The notes: generated from the letters alone by a model not told the origin. Shown: positions 1-10,916, counted from the stretch's first letter. The stretch is DNA of 64,000 nt from Bacteroidia bacterium (GCA_965216465.1 CBDCFW010000005.1:288001-352000); one strand, 5' to 3'. Numbers and translations: made by a program.

Positions 1-172
1 TAACTTTTACAGACACACCAGAGTCGATTAAGGTATTATTACTAATTAGATAGGGACTGCCAGCAGCTGTCCAAACCTGATCAGTTGAAATGATAGGTCC
101 AACCGTTGTTTGGGCCGTTGTGGTAAACGTAATAGATAAAGCCAGATAAAAGAGTAAATTTTTAATTTTCAT
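1..172 (-). CDS. 5' part of a secreted/surface protein, truncated by the window edge
   Basis: Not in the ORF track. ATG at 172 reads MKIKNLLFYLALSITFTTTAQTTVGPIISTDQVWTAAGSPYLISNNTLIDSGVSVKV with no stop to the edge. Signal peptide ending A|Q and a 'WTxxxSPY' motif like beta-helix surface proteins. Confidence 0.75.
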   Translation of the reverse strand, partial: MKIKNLLFYLALSITFTTTAQTTVGPIISTDQVWTAAGSPYLISNNTLIDSGVSVKV

Positions 173-289
173 TTGTTAAAGTTTTTCTACTTACATATAC
201 GTAGGTAAATATACCATGTGTTTGGTTGATTTAATTTTTTTTTGAATTGAATTCTATTTCTTGCTGAATTATATTGGCTGTCCCCTAAG

Positions 290-865
290 ATGAGATACAA
301 AGAATTTAACGTTAATCGGGTACTAGATAAATGCATTAATCAATTTTGGATTGACGGCTACGAGAACACCTCAATTCAGCAATTGGTTGATGTAACAAAT
401 GTCAACCGATTCTCATTGTACAATGAATTTGAGAACAAACATGGAATTCTGTTGGCTACTATTGATCGTTATCGTCAGCAAGTCGTGATTAATCGGGTAG
501 CTATACTAGAGTCTGCCAGTGAATCTGCACTTGAGCAAAGCCGAAAATTCTTTTATGCTCACATTGAAGATCAAACTGATCATCCCGAAGGTTGCTACTT
601 ATTTACCGTTGCAACCGAACTAGCAGACAAAGATGCTGAGGTTCATAAAATTCTTCAGCAATACTTAAAAATATTGGAAGAAGCATTTCTTAAAGCTTTC
701 CTTGCTGAATTTGAGACCAACGACGCTGAATTTATTACTAGACATCTGGTTGGACTTTTTTGTGCTTCCATGTGTTTCTGTCTGATTCAAGACTATGGCG
801 AAAGAAAAACATTAATTGACAATGGTCTTAAAGTAATAACCAATAAATTTCCTGTACATGCCTAG
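290..865 (+). CDS. TetR/AcrR family transcriptional regulator (NemR-like)
   Basis: HTH FWxxGYENTSIQQLV...NRFSLYNEFENK; C-domain GCY motif. Confidence 0.92.
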   Translation: MRYKEFNVNRVLDKCINQFWIDGYENTSIQQLVDVTNVNRFSLYNEFENKHGILLATIDRYRQQVVINRVAILESASESALEQSRKFFYAHIEDQTDHPEGCYLFTVATELADKDAEVHKILQQYLKILEEAFLKAFLAEFETNDAEFITRHLVGLFCASMCFCLIQDYGERKTLIDNGLKVITNKFPVHA

Positions 866-1433
866 AAAAATTAATAGCTCATACGAAGATTTAGTGTTGA
901 AAGCGCAAAACTTATTTTGGGTTAATGGTTACAAAGCTGTTACCCCTGAGCAGCTTGCAAAGCATCTTGACGTTAGTGTTTCTTCGATTTATAATAAGTA
1001 TACCAAAGAACTCCTTTTTGTTGATTCACTGGATGCTTATATTAAGTTTAGTTCCGACCCTGTTCTTCAACAAATCAGAAATACTGACCTTGGTATTGAG
1101 TCTTTCAGGTCTTTCTTCTATTTATTAATTGATGCACTACTGGATGGCAGCTTCCCTCGTTCTTGCTTGGTTGTAAATACCGTAGTAGAAATACGTAAAG
1201 AAAGCGATCGTGTTTGCGATTTTTACGAGAAGTACTTTGGCAACATGGAAGAAAGTTATCGGATGGTTCTTGAACGAGCAGTAAAGCTTGGAGAAATTAA
1301 ACACCCTGAACGATTGCAAGAATATAATGAGTTTCTTCAAAACATAATTTTTAGCATGAGCATTCTTTATCGCGTAAAAAGTAAAGAAGAACTTCGCTCC
1401 TATGTTGATGAACAATTGTCTATGATTGTTTAG
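858..1433 (+). CDS. TetR/AcrR family transcriptional regulator (second, tandem)
   Basis: FWVNGYKAVT...VSSIYNKY HTH and CLVVNT motif; overlaps the first TetR by 8 nt. Confidence 0.9.
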   Translation: MPRKINSSYEDLVLKAQNLFWVNGYKAVTPEQLAKHLDVSVSSIYNKYTKELLFVDSLDAYIKFSSDPVLQQIRNTDLGIESFRSFFYLLIDALLDGSFPRSCLVVNTVVEIRKESDRVCDFYEKYFGNMEESYRMVLERAVKLGEIKHPERLQEYNEFLQNIIFSMSILYRVKSKEELRSYVDEQLSMIV

Positions 1434-1504
1434 TTTCTGAACGCTTTTTTTTAAAGGACTTTTTTCAGCTTCTACTTTCGCTTTAGAATTTAGAAATACA
1501 AAAC

Positions 1505-1927
1505 ATGGAAAAAGTAAATGTAACAAAAACAATCAACGTTTCAGCTCAAGCTGCTTGGAAAACCCTATCATCATTTAGAGATATTGAGAACTTCTCACCT
1601 ATCGCTCGTTCAGTAGTAACTGGAGAAGGTGAAGGAGCAAAAAGAGTATGCTATATGCCTGATAATGCAGAAATCAATGAAGTCTTGAGCGTAGTTGACA
1701 ATAGTAATATGGAGTTTCAATACAAGATTATCACGGGACCATTTCCCGTAACCAATTATCTAAGTACAGTACGCGTAAAAGAAGTATCTGAAAACTCATG
1801 TGAAGTATCTTGGGGATCGCAATACGAAACATCAGAAGAAAATGCAGCTGCAATGAAAGAACTCTTTGCAGGATTTTATAATGTAATTATTGACAGCCTT
1901 CCTGAGTATATCAGCTCATTAAACTAA
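1505..1927 (+). CDS. SRPBCC family (polyketide cyclase/dehydrase-like) protein
   Basis: Pattern TINVSAQAAW...GEGAKR...FPVTNYLSTVRV...VSW. Confidence 0.88.
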   Translation: MEKVNVTKTINVSAQAAWKTLSSFRDIENFSPIARSVVTGEGEGAKRVCYMPDNAEINEVLSVVDNSNMEFQYKIITGPFPVTNYLSTVRVKEVSENSCEVSWGSQYETSEENAAAMKELFAGFYNVIIDSLPEYISSLN

Positions 1928-1948
1928 GAAACAATTAATTTAAGGATT

Positions 1949-1976
1949 AAGGGTCTCTGAAAGGAGGCCCTTTTTT
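1949..1976 (+). terminator. Intrinsic terminator
   Basis: aagggtctct-gaaa-ggaggccctt hairpin followed by a T-run. Confidence 0.8.
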
Positions 1977-2009
1977 ATGCACCCATATATTTCGCTACAT
2001 TTGACAATT

Positions 2010-2513
2010 ATGCAAAAAGTCCAAATTCTATTCTTGCTATTCGGCCTATCTTTTTATTCGTATGCTCAAGACAGTGCTTGTGCGTGCTGCAGTGAAAACT
2101 ATCAGGACTTCAGTTTTTGGATTGGAGATTGGAATGTTTATGATACCTCCGGAAATCTAATAGGCGAAAATTTAATAACACTTGAAGAGAATGGATGTCT
2201 TATGAAAGAGCTATGGAAGTCAACATCAAAGTACACCGGACAAAGTATAAATTATTTCAATCGGAAAGACAGCACTTGGAACCAAGTTTGGGTTGATCAA
2301 GTGGGCATAGTTCTAGTACTTAAGGGACAAAAAAAGAACAATCAGATGATTATGAAAAGTGGTTTAGTTGAAGGCGAAAGGATTGATTTCTTTTACAACC
2401 AAATAACGTGGACCGATAATGAAGATGGCACAGTAACCCAACAATGGGATATTCTTGACAAATTTGGAAGTGTGCTGACTACCAGCTTCATAGGAATTTA
2501 TAAAAGAAAATAA
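2010..2513 (+). CDS. Secreted hypothetical protein (DUF1579-like beta-rich)
   Basis: Start moved to ATG 2010 (signal peptide MQKVQILFLL...SYA|Q, with TACATTTG 6 nt upstream); CC-x-DFxFWxGxW motif. Confidence 0.7.
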   Translation: MQKVQILFLLFGLSFYSYAQDSACACCSENYQDFSFWIGDWNVYDTSGNLIGENLITLEENGCLMKELWKSTSKYTGQSINYFNRKDSTWNQVWVDQVGIVLVLKGQKKNNQMIMKSGLVEGERIDFFYNQITWTDNEDGTVTQQWDILDKFGSVLTTSFIGIYKRK

Positions 2514-2723
2514 ATGAGTGAAAAGTTATCCGGTAAATACCGAAAGAATATTCAGATAGAAAGTGAAGTTGAAATTGTACAAAAACATCATCAACGCAGT
2601 GGTGAACTCACTTCAGGATTTGTAGCTAAAATCTTAACCAAATCACCGCAACATCCTCATGGCATAAAAGTACTGCTTGAAACTGGTGAAGTAGGTCGAG
2701 TAAAATGGGTGATTGAAGACTAA
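2514..2723 (+). CDS. YwbE family protein (DUF2196)
   Basis: ILTKSPQHPHGIKVxLETGEVGRV signature. Confidence 0.9.
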   Translation: MSEKLSGKYRKNIQIESEVEIVQKHHQRSGELTSGFVAKILTKSPQHPHGIKVLLETGEVGRVKWVIED

Positions 2724-3082
2724 GAATTGGTCCAATGCCTATTATGATTATGCTTAGCCCATACAGTCGTAATTAGCGTCATAATCAGAAATAATGCAGA
2801 TGCATAACCCACGGTTGGTGATATAGAAATATCAATTGATGCTTCAGGAAGGTAAGATTTGCCAGAACCTAAAACGGATCCAATCACCGTTAAACTAATC
2901 ATAACAATTCCTATAACAAACCACCCTGTTTTTGAAATTAAAGGCTCAGGTTGTGAAGCAACACTTTGACGTGCTTGCTGTAACACCTTGCTTGTAAAAT
3001 TTGAGCTCGGTGACTCTAATCCCTCGTCCTTAAATAAGGATGCTAAAACTTCATCTAATTTATCTTCTTTCTGCTTTGTCAT
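2720..3082 (-). CDS. Putative membrane anti-sigma factor
   Basis: Overlaps the ECF sigma 3' end; ESPSxNFTxKV motif, PLIS motif and two TM helices. Confidence 0.75.
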   Translation of the reverse strand: MTKQKEDKLDEVLASLFKDEGLESPSSNFTSKVLQQARQSVASQPEPLISKTGWFVIGIVMISLTVIGSVLGSGKSYLPEASIDISISPTVGYASALFLIMTLITTVWAKHNHNRHWTNS

Positions 3083-3659
3083 AGGCTTCTAACAATTGAG
3101 GTTCAATTTTATCGATCATCAAATCATGCAGTTTCTTTCTTGAGCGATAGAGCTTAACCTTTACGTTACTAACAGACAGTTTCATAATCTTGCTTATTTC
3201 TTCTATTTTCAAATCTTCATAATAGAAAAAGGTCAAGATTAAGGCGTCTGTTGCCGGCAGTAAATTTAAGCATGTTTTTATACTTTTTGCCAGCTCTTTT
3301 TGCTCTAGTCCAGCAACTATATCATTCGAAACGTCGGCTACAGGCACTTCATCTATATGATCAAGCACTTGATGTTTCTTATTCTTCTTCAGATAATCGA
3401 GTGCTGTATTATATGCAATTCGATAAATCCAAGAAGAAAGTTTGGCTTTTCCATTGTACTTACCCAGCGACTTGAGCACCTTAATAAAGGTGTCTTGTGC
3501 AGCTTCTTCTGCTTCCTCCATTCGTCGTGTAATGCGTAATCCAATTGAATAAACCATCGCTTTGTACTCATCCACTAAAGTTTCAAATGCAGAAAAATCA
3601 CCCTTTTCAACTTGGGTTTTAATCTGATCAATGAGCTCAAGATCTTGAGAGTACTGCAT
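3060..3659 (-). CDS. ECF-type RNA polymerase sigma-70 factor
   Basis: Region 2 AEEAAQDTFIK...SWIYRIAYN; region 4 EEISKIM...SNVKVKLYRSRKKL. Confidence 0.95.
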   Translation of the reverse strand: MQYSQDLELIDQIKTQVEKGDFSAFETLVDEYKAMVYSIGLRITRRMEEAEEAAQDTFIKVLKSLGKYNGKAKLSSWIYRIAYNTALDYLKKNKKHQVLDHIDEVPVADVSNDIVAGLEQKELAKSIKTCLNLLPATDALILTFFYYEDLKIEEISKIMKLSVSNVKVKLYRSRKKLHDLMIDKIEPQLLEAYDKAERR

Positions 3660-3668
3660 TTTGTTGAG

Positions 3669-3698
3669 TTAGACTACTAAATTAGTTATTAGGTTACA
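3669..3698 (-). promoter_or_regulatory. Putative ECF-sigma promoter (autoregulatory)
   Basis: TGTAACC-N16-AGTCTAA on the minus strand, just upstream of the sigma ATG. Confidence 0.65.
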
Positions 3699-3727
3699 CT
3701 CTAATGGAAGATTTTTTTTAGCTTAGT

Positions 3728-3757
3728 TGTAACCAAACCAATTTACTTGTCGTCAAA
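3728..3757 (+). promoter_or_regulatory. Putative ECF-sigma promoter for the DUF6249-like gene
   Basis: TGTAACC-N16-CGTCAAA, same -35 and spacing as the divergent site. Confidence 0.7.
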
Positions 3758-3777
3758 GCAGTTAAACAACACAAATT

Positions 3778-4122
3778 ATGGAAGAAATAGTATTATTTAT
3801 TAGCATGTTCGGGACAATATTCGGTATCGTATATTTATACCTAAGTACCCGAAACAAAGAACGATTAGCTCTTATTGAGAAAGGTGCTGACGCGAGTCTA
3901 TTTACAAAAGGGAAAAGACTAACTCCAATTTGGAAGGTGATTTTATTAAACCTAGCTCTTCTGGCGATGGGCATTGGTCTTGGTATTTTTATTGGTTCGT
4001 TAATGGTTGATGTGTTTGGTATGGATCAAGATGTTGGATACCCTGGAACTATATTCTTTATGGCAGGACTTTCTGTTTTAGTTGGGTTTTTCATCACTAA
4101 AAAGCTTGAGAAAGATCAATAA
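3778..4122 (+). CDS. DUF6249-like membrane protein
   Basis: TM-RNKERLALIEKG motif plus two further TM helices; divergent from the ECF sigma. Confidence 0.8.
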   Translation: MEEIVLFISMFGTIFGIVYLYLSTRNKERLALIEKGADASLFTKGKRLTPIWKVILLNLALLAMGIGLGIFIGSLMVDVFGMDQDVGYPGTIFFMAGLSVLVGFFITKKLEKDQ

Positions 4123-4229
4123 TTTTTCATATGCACAATTCGACCAGCAAGCTAATATTATAGACGTCAGTAGTTTGGCCGTGGTGAAGTTATCACATCT
4201 TCGACTAACTTTGTTCAAAACGAATTATC

Positions 4230-4832
4230 ATGAAAATTAAAATTACACTATTATTATCTCTATTAACTCTCTTCACTTTTTCTTATGCTCAAAATGAAGA
4301 AGGAAGCTCTGTAGTCACCGCAGGTGTTGGATACAGTCTGTTCAACAACATAATTACAACTGGACTAGAGGCGTTTGACGATGTGGAAGTCAGTGGAGTT
4401 CCAACTATCGCTGTTACTTATGACTATGCGATTACTGACAATTTCAGTATAGGACTGGCTGCAGCTCATCAAAGTGCGGGTGGCGAATTCTCAAACACCT
4501 TCCTAAACGACGATTTGAACGAGGTTACTGAGACAGCTAAAACCACCGTCTCAAGAACCAATGTTGCAATTCGCCCTTTGCTTCACTATGGAGGAAATGA
4601 TCAGTTAGACCTTTATTCCGGACTTCGTGTAGGTATGCTATTTAGAAGTATTGAAACCGAATCAACTGATCCAGATATTGATGTCTTAGGAGATTTTAAC
4701 GGTAGCAGATTCTCTTTAGGTTTAGTTGTATTTGGAATGCGTTATTTCTTTACTGACAATGTAGGAATTAATGCTGATTTACAGCTTGGAACTCCTTATG
4801 TTGTGTCAGGAGGTGTTGCAATCAAGTTCTAA
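4230..4832 (+). CDS. Outer membrane beta-barrel protein
   Basis: Signal peptide, amphipathic strands, GMRYFFTDNVG, C-terminal Phe; TAACTTTG promoter at 4206-4213. Confidence 0.85.
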   Translation: MKIKITLLLSLLTLFTFSYAQNEEGSSVVTAGVGYSLFNNIITTGLEAFDDVEVSGVPTIAVTYDYAITDNFSIGLAAAHQSAGGEFSNTFLNDDLNEVTETAKTTVSRTNVAIRPLLHYGGNDQLDLYSGLRVGMLFRSIETESTDPDIDVLGDFNGSRFSLGLVVFGMRYFFTDNVGINADLQLGTPYVVSGGVAIKF

Positions 4833-4848
4833 TACAAAACGAATTCAT

Positions 4849-4880
4849 AAAAAAAGCCTTCCAAATTGGAAGGCTTTTTT
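4849..4880. terminator. Bidirectional intrinsic terminator (OMP gene / groEL)
   Basis: Perfect inverted repeat aaaaaagccttccaa-a-ttggaaggctttttt. Confidence 0.92.
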
Positions 4881-4898
4881 GTTTTATAAGGAATAATC

Positions 4899-6832
<1,934 letters not shown>

Positions 6833-6866
6833 TTTTATTTTTTTTAATAAACGTTGTTCTTGCTAT

Positions 6867-6882
6867 TTCACACACCATGCCA
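6867..6882 (-). promoter_or_regulatory. Putative sigma54 (-24/-12) promoter of groESL
   Basis: TGGCAT-GGTGT-GTGAA, with GA instead of GC at -12; same spacing as two other sites in the window. Confidence 0.5.
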
Positions 6883-6894
6883 CTCTTTTAAAAA

Positions 6895-6948
6895 AGACAT
6901 TTTTTCACTATCTTTGAGGAACACGGTTTACACATTGCCAGTTTGGCA
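6895..6948. promoter_or_regulatory. Paired palindromic operator/enhancer sites upstream of groESL
   Basis: TGCCA-GTT-TGGCA (6936-6948) and degenerate AGACA-TTT-TTTCA (6895-6907). Confidence 0.5.
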
Positions 6949-6962
6949 GAGGTATTACTACG

Positions 6963-7655
6963 ATGAAAATTACAGCTGACATATGGAATGAAGGCGATAA
7001 GGAAAAACGACATTTTCTGTGGTCGTTTTATTTGCAGCAGGTTGACCAATCTATTCGCAGCCTGAAGCTGTCTCCTCAATATCGGGAAGTTGTATCAAAT
7101 AAAGACGAAATGAAGCAATTAGTCAACTTCATCGATACTGTTCAAAATAATGACAAACAGTTAGTTGGTCTCGACCTTTCAGCCTTAAAGTTATTGTACG
7201 AGTCAAACCAAACGCAAGAAGGACTTCAGTCTCGACTCGAAGAAATTAAAAACGTCTTTATACCCCAACTCGACAAACGATACCATGAATATGCTCAGCT
7301 CAAAGACTTCCTTTATCAGAATATTACAATTGAACCGGTCGGAATTGAGAATCTGTATTCTAAAGAAGGCTATCTAATGCTTCACAATAAAGATGAGATG
7401 AATATTTATGCATACTCCTATTTCATCTCAAACTATGTAAATAACAAAAAGAGAAGTATCGTAAAGCTTAAACCCGTAAAGGTTATTCGCTATGGGCTAG
7501 AAACCAATCTGATTAATCAAAAGAAACTACTCAACAAGGCTCATCAATATCACCTGAATTGCTATTTCCTTGAAACAAAAATGGATATCCCCTTTCACTC
7601 GACATTTTTGCCGATAGCTAAAGGAAAAATAAGTAGATACTTAAAAAGTGCTTAG
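6963..7655 (+). CDS. Hypothetical protein (Bacteroidota-type, cytoplasmic)
   Basis: 230-aa ORF with TATCTTTG promoter at 6909-6916; motifs ITIEPVGI..LY..EGYL and P...TFLPIAK. Confidence 0.75.
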   Translation: MKITADIWNEGDKEKRHFLWSFYLQQVDQSIRSLKLSPQYREVVSNKDEMKQLVNFIDTVQNNDKQLVGLDLSALKLLYESNQTQEGLQSRLEEIKNVFIPQLDKRYHEYAQLKDFLYQNITIEPVGIENLYSKEGYLMLHNKDEMNIYAYSYFISNYVNNKKRSIVKLKPVKVIRYGLETNLINQKKLLNKAHQYHLNCYFLETKMDIPFHSTFLPIAKGKISRYLKSA

Positions 7656-8032
7656 TTTAAGCTTCCGTCGTCAGCACCCTCTTCTTCAGGTCTGATATCT
7701 CCATTTGCAGGAGCACCTTCTTCAATAACGGGTGAAGTTGTTCCTCCTGAATTGAAAGAAGGACCAGAATTTTCAATACGATCTAAGAATTCGTTATCTT
7801 CAGTAACATCATCTGAGTAGATAAATCTGCTGCCTAAAGATAAAACAAGCAATGCTATAGCTAAAGTCCAAGTAGCTTTTTCAACAAAATCATTGGTTTT
7901 CTTAACCCCAGCAATCTGGTTCGCTGCAGAGAAATTAGCAGAGATTCCACCTCCTTTTGAATTTTGAATTAATACGATAAATATTAGGAGTATGGATGCG
8001 ATAATTGCTAAAACTATAAATAGTGTAAACAT
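7652..8032 (-). CDS. secG: Preprotein translocase subunit SecG
   Basis: TM-LIQNSKGGG...VEKATW-TM with a long acidic tail. Confidence 0.95.
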   Translation of the reverse strand: MFTLFIVLAIIASILLIFIVLIQNSKGGGISANFSAANQIAGVKKTNDFVEKATWTLAIALLVLSLGSRFIYSDDVTEDNEFLDRIENSGPSFNSGGTTSPVIEEGAPANGDIRPEEEGADDGSLN

Positions 8033-8038
8033 CTTCTT

Positions 8039-9115
8039 TTATTTTAAATGTGCTTGTTTTTGCTTGATTTCCGTTATTCGGGCGGCAAAATACGCGGATT
8101 TTGAAGGATTTTGCAAACTTAATTTTTCGTAACCTTTTATAGCCAGATCAAAGTGCCCTTGCTTTTCGTAAATCGCCACCAAAGTCTCAGAAATTACCTC
8201 CATATTGTCGGTTTCACTTTCTAGAGCTTTGTCATGAACATTGTAGAATGAACGGGTTTGTATGGGCTTAGATCGTTTCGTCGCTAGAAATTGATCCAAT
8301 AAACCTTGTACTTGATCCGGTGACTTGTCTTTTGGAGCTTCTTTCTTTGGTTCGGCATCATCTCCAACGTGATTTAGCCAATACATAAAGTCTTTATCTT
8401 CACCGCTTTCCGCTTCCTCTTTCTCCTCAATTATTTTTTCTAACTCAACCTCAGGATTGTATACCACACGATCAAAAGGAATTTCCACACGTTCGGTTAC
8501 TTCCTCCTTGGCCTCAGGCTTGAGTTCTTTTAATGGGTCGTATTTTACTACAGCATCAAAGTCAACCTTTAGCCCTTTAGCCTCTTTTTCTAGTTTAGAT
8601 TCAACCGGCTGTATTTCTGACTTTTCTTCTATAGAATCAGGTGTTTTAACCTCCTTTGGTTCTTCTTCTAACTGATCAAGCTTCTCAGGCTCTTCTTCAA
8701 TCGCCTCAACAACTCTTTGTTCTTCCGTCTCTTCTTTTTGGATTTCCTCTTCCTTCACCTCCTCCACTATTTCTTCAACAACATCGTTGATTACAATTTC
8801 GTGAGCTTCAGACTCTTTTTCTGTCAAGGTTTCTTCGGTTGGAAGACCAATTTGTTCCGGTTCTGCAACTACTATATGGTCACTTGAATGTATTAAATCA
8901 AAAAGCAGCTTTCGATCTCCAGCATACATAGCCGCTTGCTTGAGATACTTATTCTTTAAGAATGAATCTTCATTAAAGTGAGCTTTAGCTAAAAGTAGAT
9001 GGTAGGTACTACACCAAGGTTCTTGCTTTATTTTTTGATCGAGCAATGTCGCTTCAGCCTGTTTCAACTCTGAAGGCCGATTTACCCATTGTGCTATGTT
9101 AACCTGCTCTACCAA
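8039..9115 (-). CDS. Conserved hypothetical protein with an acidic linker and C-terminal TPR-like helices
   Basis: N-terminal PW...LLLAK...AAMYAGDRKLL; C-terminal SETLVAIYEKQG...LSLQNPSKSAYFA; lies between lptE and secG. Confidence 0.8.
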   Translation of the reverse strand: MVEQVNIAQWVNRPSELKQAEATLLDQKIKQEPWCSTYHLLLAKAHFNEDSFLKNKYLKQAAMYAGDRKLLFDLIHSSDHIVVAEPEQIGLPTEETLTEKESEAHEIVINDVVEEIVEEVKEEEIQKEETEEQRVVEAIEEEPEKLDQLEEEPKEVKTPDSIEEKSEIQPVESKLEKEAKGLKVDFDAVVKYDPLKELKPEAKEEVTERVEIPFDRVVYNPEVELEKIIEEKEEAESGEDKDFMYWLNHVGDDAEPKKEAPKDKSPDQVQGLLDQFLATKRSKPIQTRSFYNVHDKALESETDNMEVISETLVAIYEKQGHFDLAIKGYEKLSLQNPSKSAYFAARITEIKQKQAHLK

Positions 9116-9615
9116 TTAATTGCAGCTTTATTAAAGATTTTTTGAACCAGCATTTCTGAAATTTCTGATACCAATTGATCTTCAACGGTACTGAAATTTT
9201 CGTTAGCATCAAAATCTTGAAAATTGGTAAATTTCTCTTCAAAGGCAATTTTGGGATCTATTTCACATTCCAATTTAACACTTACCGTTATGGTTAGCCT
9301 ATTTTGTTGTGCGTTATCGGTATTCTGTGCAGATACTGGGGCTATCACAAAGTTTGTGATATTGCCCGAAAAAGAGTAATCTCCGGCTTTTTCAACTATG
9401 CTTAAATTGGTTTCTGAAATAAATTTCTGTTTCAGTTCCTCTGTTAAGGTTTGACTAAGCAAAGGTGAATTTATGGGTGCATTATTTTCAAAAAAAGCAA
9501 CGGAGAATGTCTTAACATCAGGATGAATTGAAGTACCCGAAAATGAATAAAACTTACAACCTTGAAACAAGCTTGCAACCAGAACCAATCCAATAATTTT
9601 ACTTATCAATCTCAT
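9109..9615 (-). CDS. lptE: LptE-family LPS assembly lipoprotein
   Basis: Lipobox FQGC, YSFSGTSI, NRLTITV, C-terminal NW. Confidence 0.85.
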   Translation of the reverse strand: MRLISKIIGLVLVASLFQGCKFYSFSGTSIHPDVKTFSVAFFENNAPINSPLLSQTLTEELKQKFISETNLSIVEKAGDYSFSGNITNFVIAPVSAQNTDNAQQNRLTITVSVKLECEIDPKIAFEEKFTNFQDFDANENFSTVEDQLVSEISEMLVQKIFNKAAINW

Positions 9616-10831
9616 ATTGTTTGATTTTTCTGTACAGCGTTCGTTCCGAAATGCCTAGCTCTTTTGCAGCCTTCTTTCTTCTTCCATTATTCTTAAGCAA
9701 AGCTTTACGGATCAACTCTTCTTCTTTAGCTTCTAAGGAAAGTACTTCATTCTCACTTACCGTATCCTGCTCCTCAATAACAATTGGATGATACTCCTCT
9801 TGATTATCAACAGGAACTATATTGGTTTCCTGAGGTAGGCGCTCTTCTGCTAGCAATTGGGTCACCAACGCTTTGTTAGTTTCAACGTACTCTTCACTCG
9901 GTTGATTGTTCTCAAGCATACCAAACACCACCTTTTTCAGTTCAGAAACATCTTTTTTTAGATCAATAAGAACCTTGTAAAAAATATCGCGTTCTGAAAC
10001 ATCAGAGGAGCCAGTATTTTCTTTGTAAATAGCAGGAAGAGAGCGTTCAGTTCGTTCTGGAAGATACCTTCTGATTACTTCGGCACTGATACCTGGACCT
10101 TGCTCCAAAACCGCAATTTGTTCTGCAATATTTTTAAGTTGTCGAATGTTTCCTGGCCAACGATAATTCATCAGAACCTGTTCTGCATCAAGGGTAAGTT
10201 CTAGTGGATGATTTCTATACTTCTCTGACGCGTCGAATGCAAATTTTTGAAATAATAGCACCACATCTCCAGGTCGTTCTCGCAATGGGGGTACATGAAT
10301 TGGAAGTGTAGACAGCCTATAGTATAAGTCTTCTCTAAACTTGCCTGCTTCAACTTGTGATATTAGGTCTTTGTTTGTTGCCGTGATTATTCGAACATCT
10401 GTTTTCTGAACCTTCGAGCTTCCTACGCGAATAAACTCGCCATTCTCTAATACTCTTAAGAGTCGGCTTTGGGTTTCTAGTGGAAGTTCTCCTACTTCAT
10501 CAAGAAAAATAGTCCCTCCGCTAGCGCTTTCAAAATAACCTTTACGGTTATCAACCGCTCCAGTAAATGCTCCTTTCTCATGTCCAAAAAGCTCAGAATT
10601 TATAGTACCCTCTGGTAATGCTCCGCAGTTTATAGCTATAAAAGTTCCATGCTTTCGGGCGCTAAGTTGATGAATAATCTTCGAAAAAGATTCTTTTCCA
10701 GACCCACTCTCACCCTGCACATAAACGGTTAATTCAGTTGGAGCAACCCGCATCGCAGTTTCAAGTGCATAGTTCAACTTCGGTGAATTACCTATGATCT
10801 CAAAACGTTGTTTTACTTGTTGTAAATTCAT
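9599..10831 (-). CDS. Sigma-54-dependent Fis-family activator (bacterial enhancer-binding protein) lacking an N-terminal sensor domain
   Basis: GESGSGKE, ELFGHEKGAFTGA, FLDEVGE, WPGNIRQL, HTH LGISERTLYRK. ATG 10831 preferred over TTG 10843. Confidence 0.95.
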   Translation of the reverse strand: MNLQQVKQRFEIIGNSPKLNYALETAMRVAPTELTVYVQGESGSGKESFSKIIHQLSARKHGTFIAINCGALPEGTINSELFGHEKGAFTGAVDNRKGYFESASGGTIFLDEVGELPLETQSRLLRVLENGEFIRVGSSKVQKTDVRIITATNKDLISQVEAGKFREDLYYRLSTLPIHVPPLRERPGDVVLLFQKFAFDASEKYRNHPLELTLDAEQVLMNYRWPGNIRQLKNIAEQIAVLEQGPGISAEVIRRYLPERTERSLPAIYKENTGSSDVSERDIFYKVLIDLKKDVSELKKVVFGMLENNQPSEEYVETNKALVTQLLAEERLPQETNIVPVDNQEEYHPIVIEEQDTVSENEVLSLEAKEEELIRKALLKNNGRRKKAAKELGISERTLYRKIKQYEIDK

Positions 10832-10916
10832 GCTCAACTGCAAAAATGGCAGTTATTTTTAAAATAATGGCAGAATTCTAGACTTAGATTGATTTTATTT
10901 AGCTTAAATCAAAATC

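Noticed and set aside
195-256. Possible ECF-type promoter (CAAACAC...CGTATAT, minus) and imperfect TTGAAT-TGA-ATTCTA TetR operator
   Set aside because: Single degenerate occurrences in AT-rich DNA; not enough support.
1137-1532. 131-aa minus-strand ORF over the second TetR and the SRPBCC start
   Set aside because: Overlaps two well-supported genes and has no recognisable features.
6888-7079. 63-aa minus-strand ORF upstream of groES
   Set aside because: Overlaps the 230-aa plus-strand gene and the regulatory sites; no coding signal.
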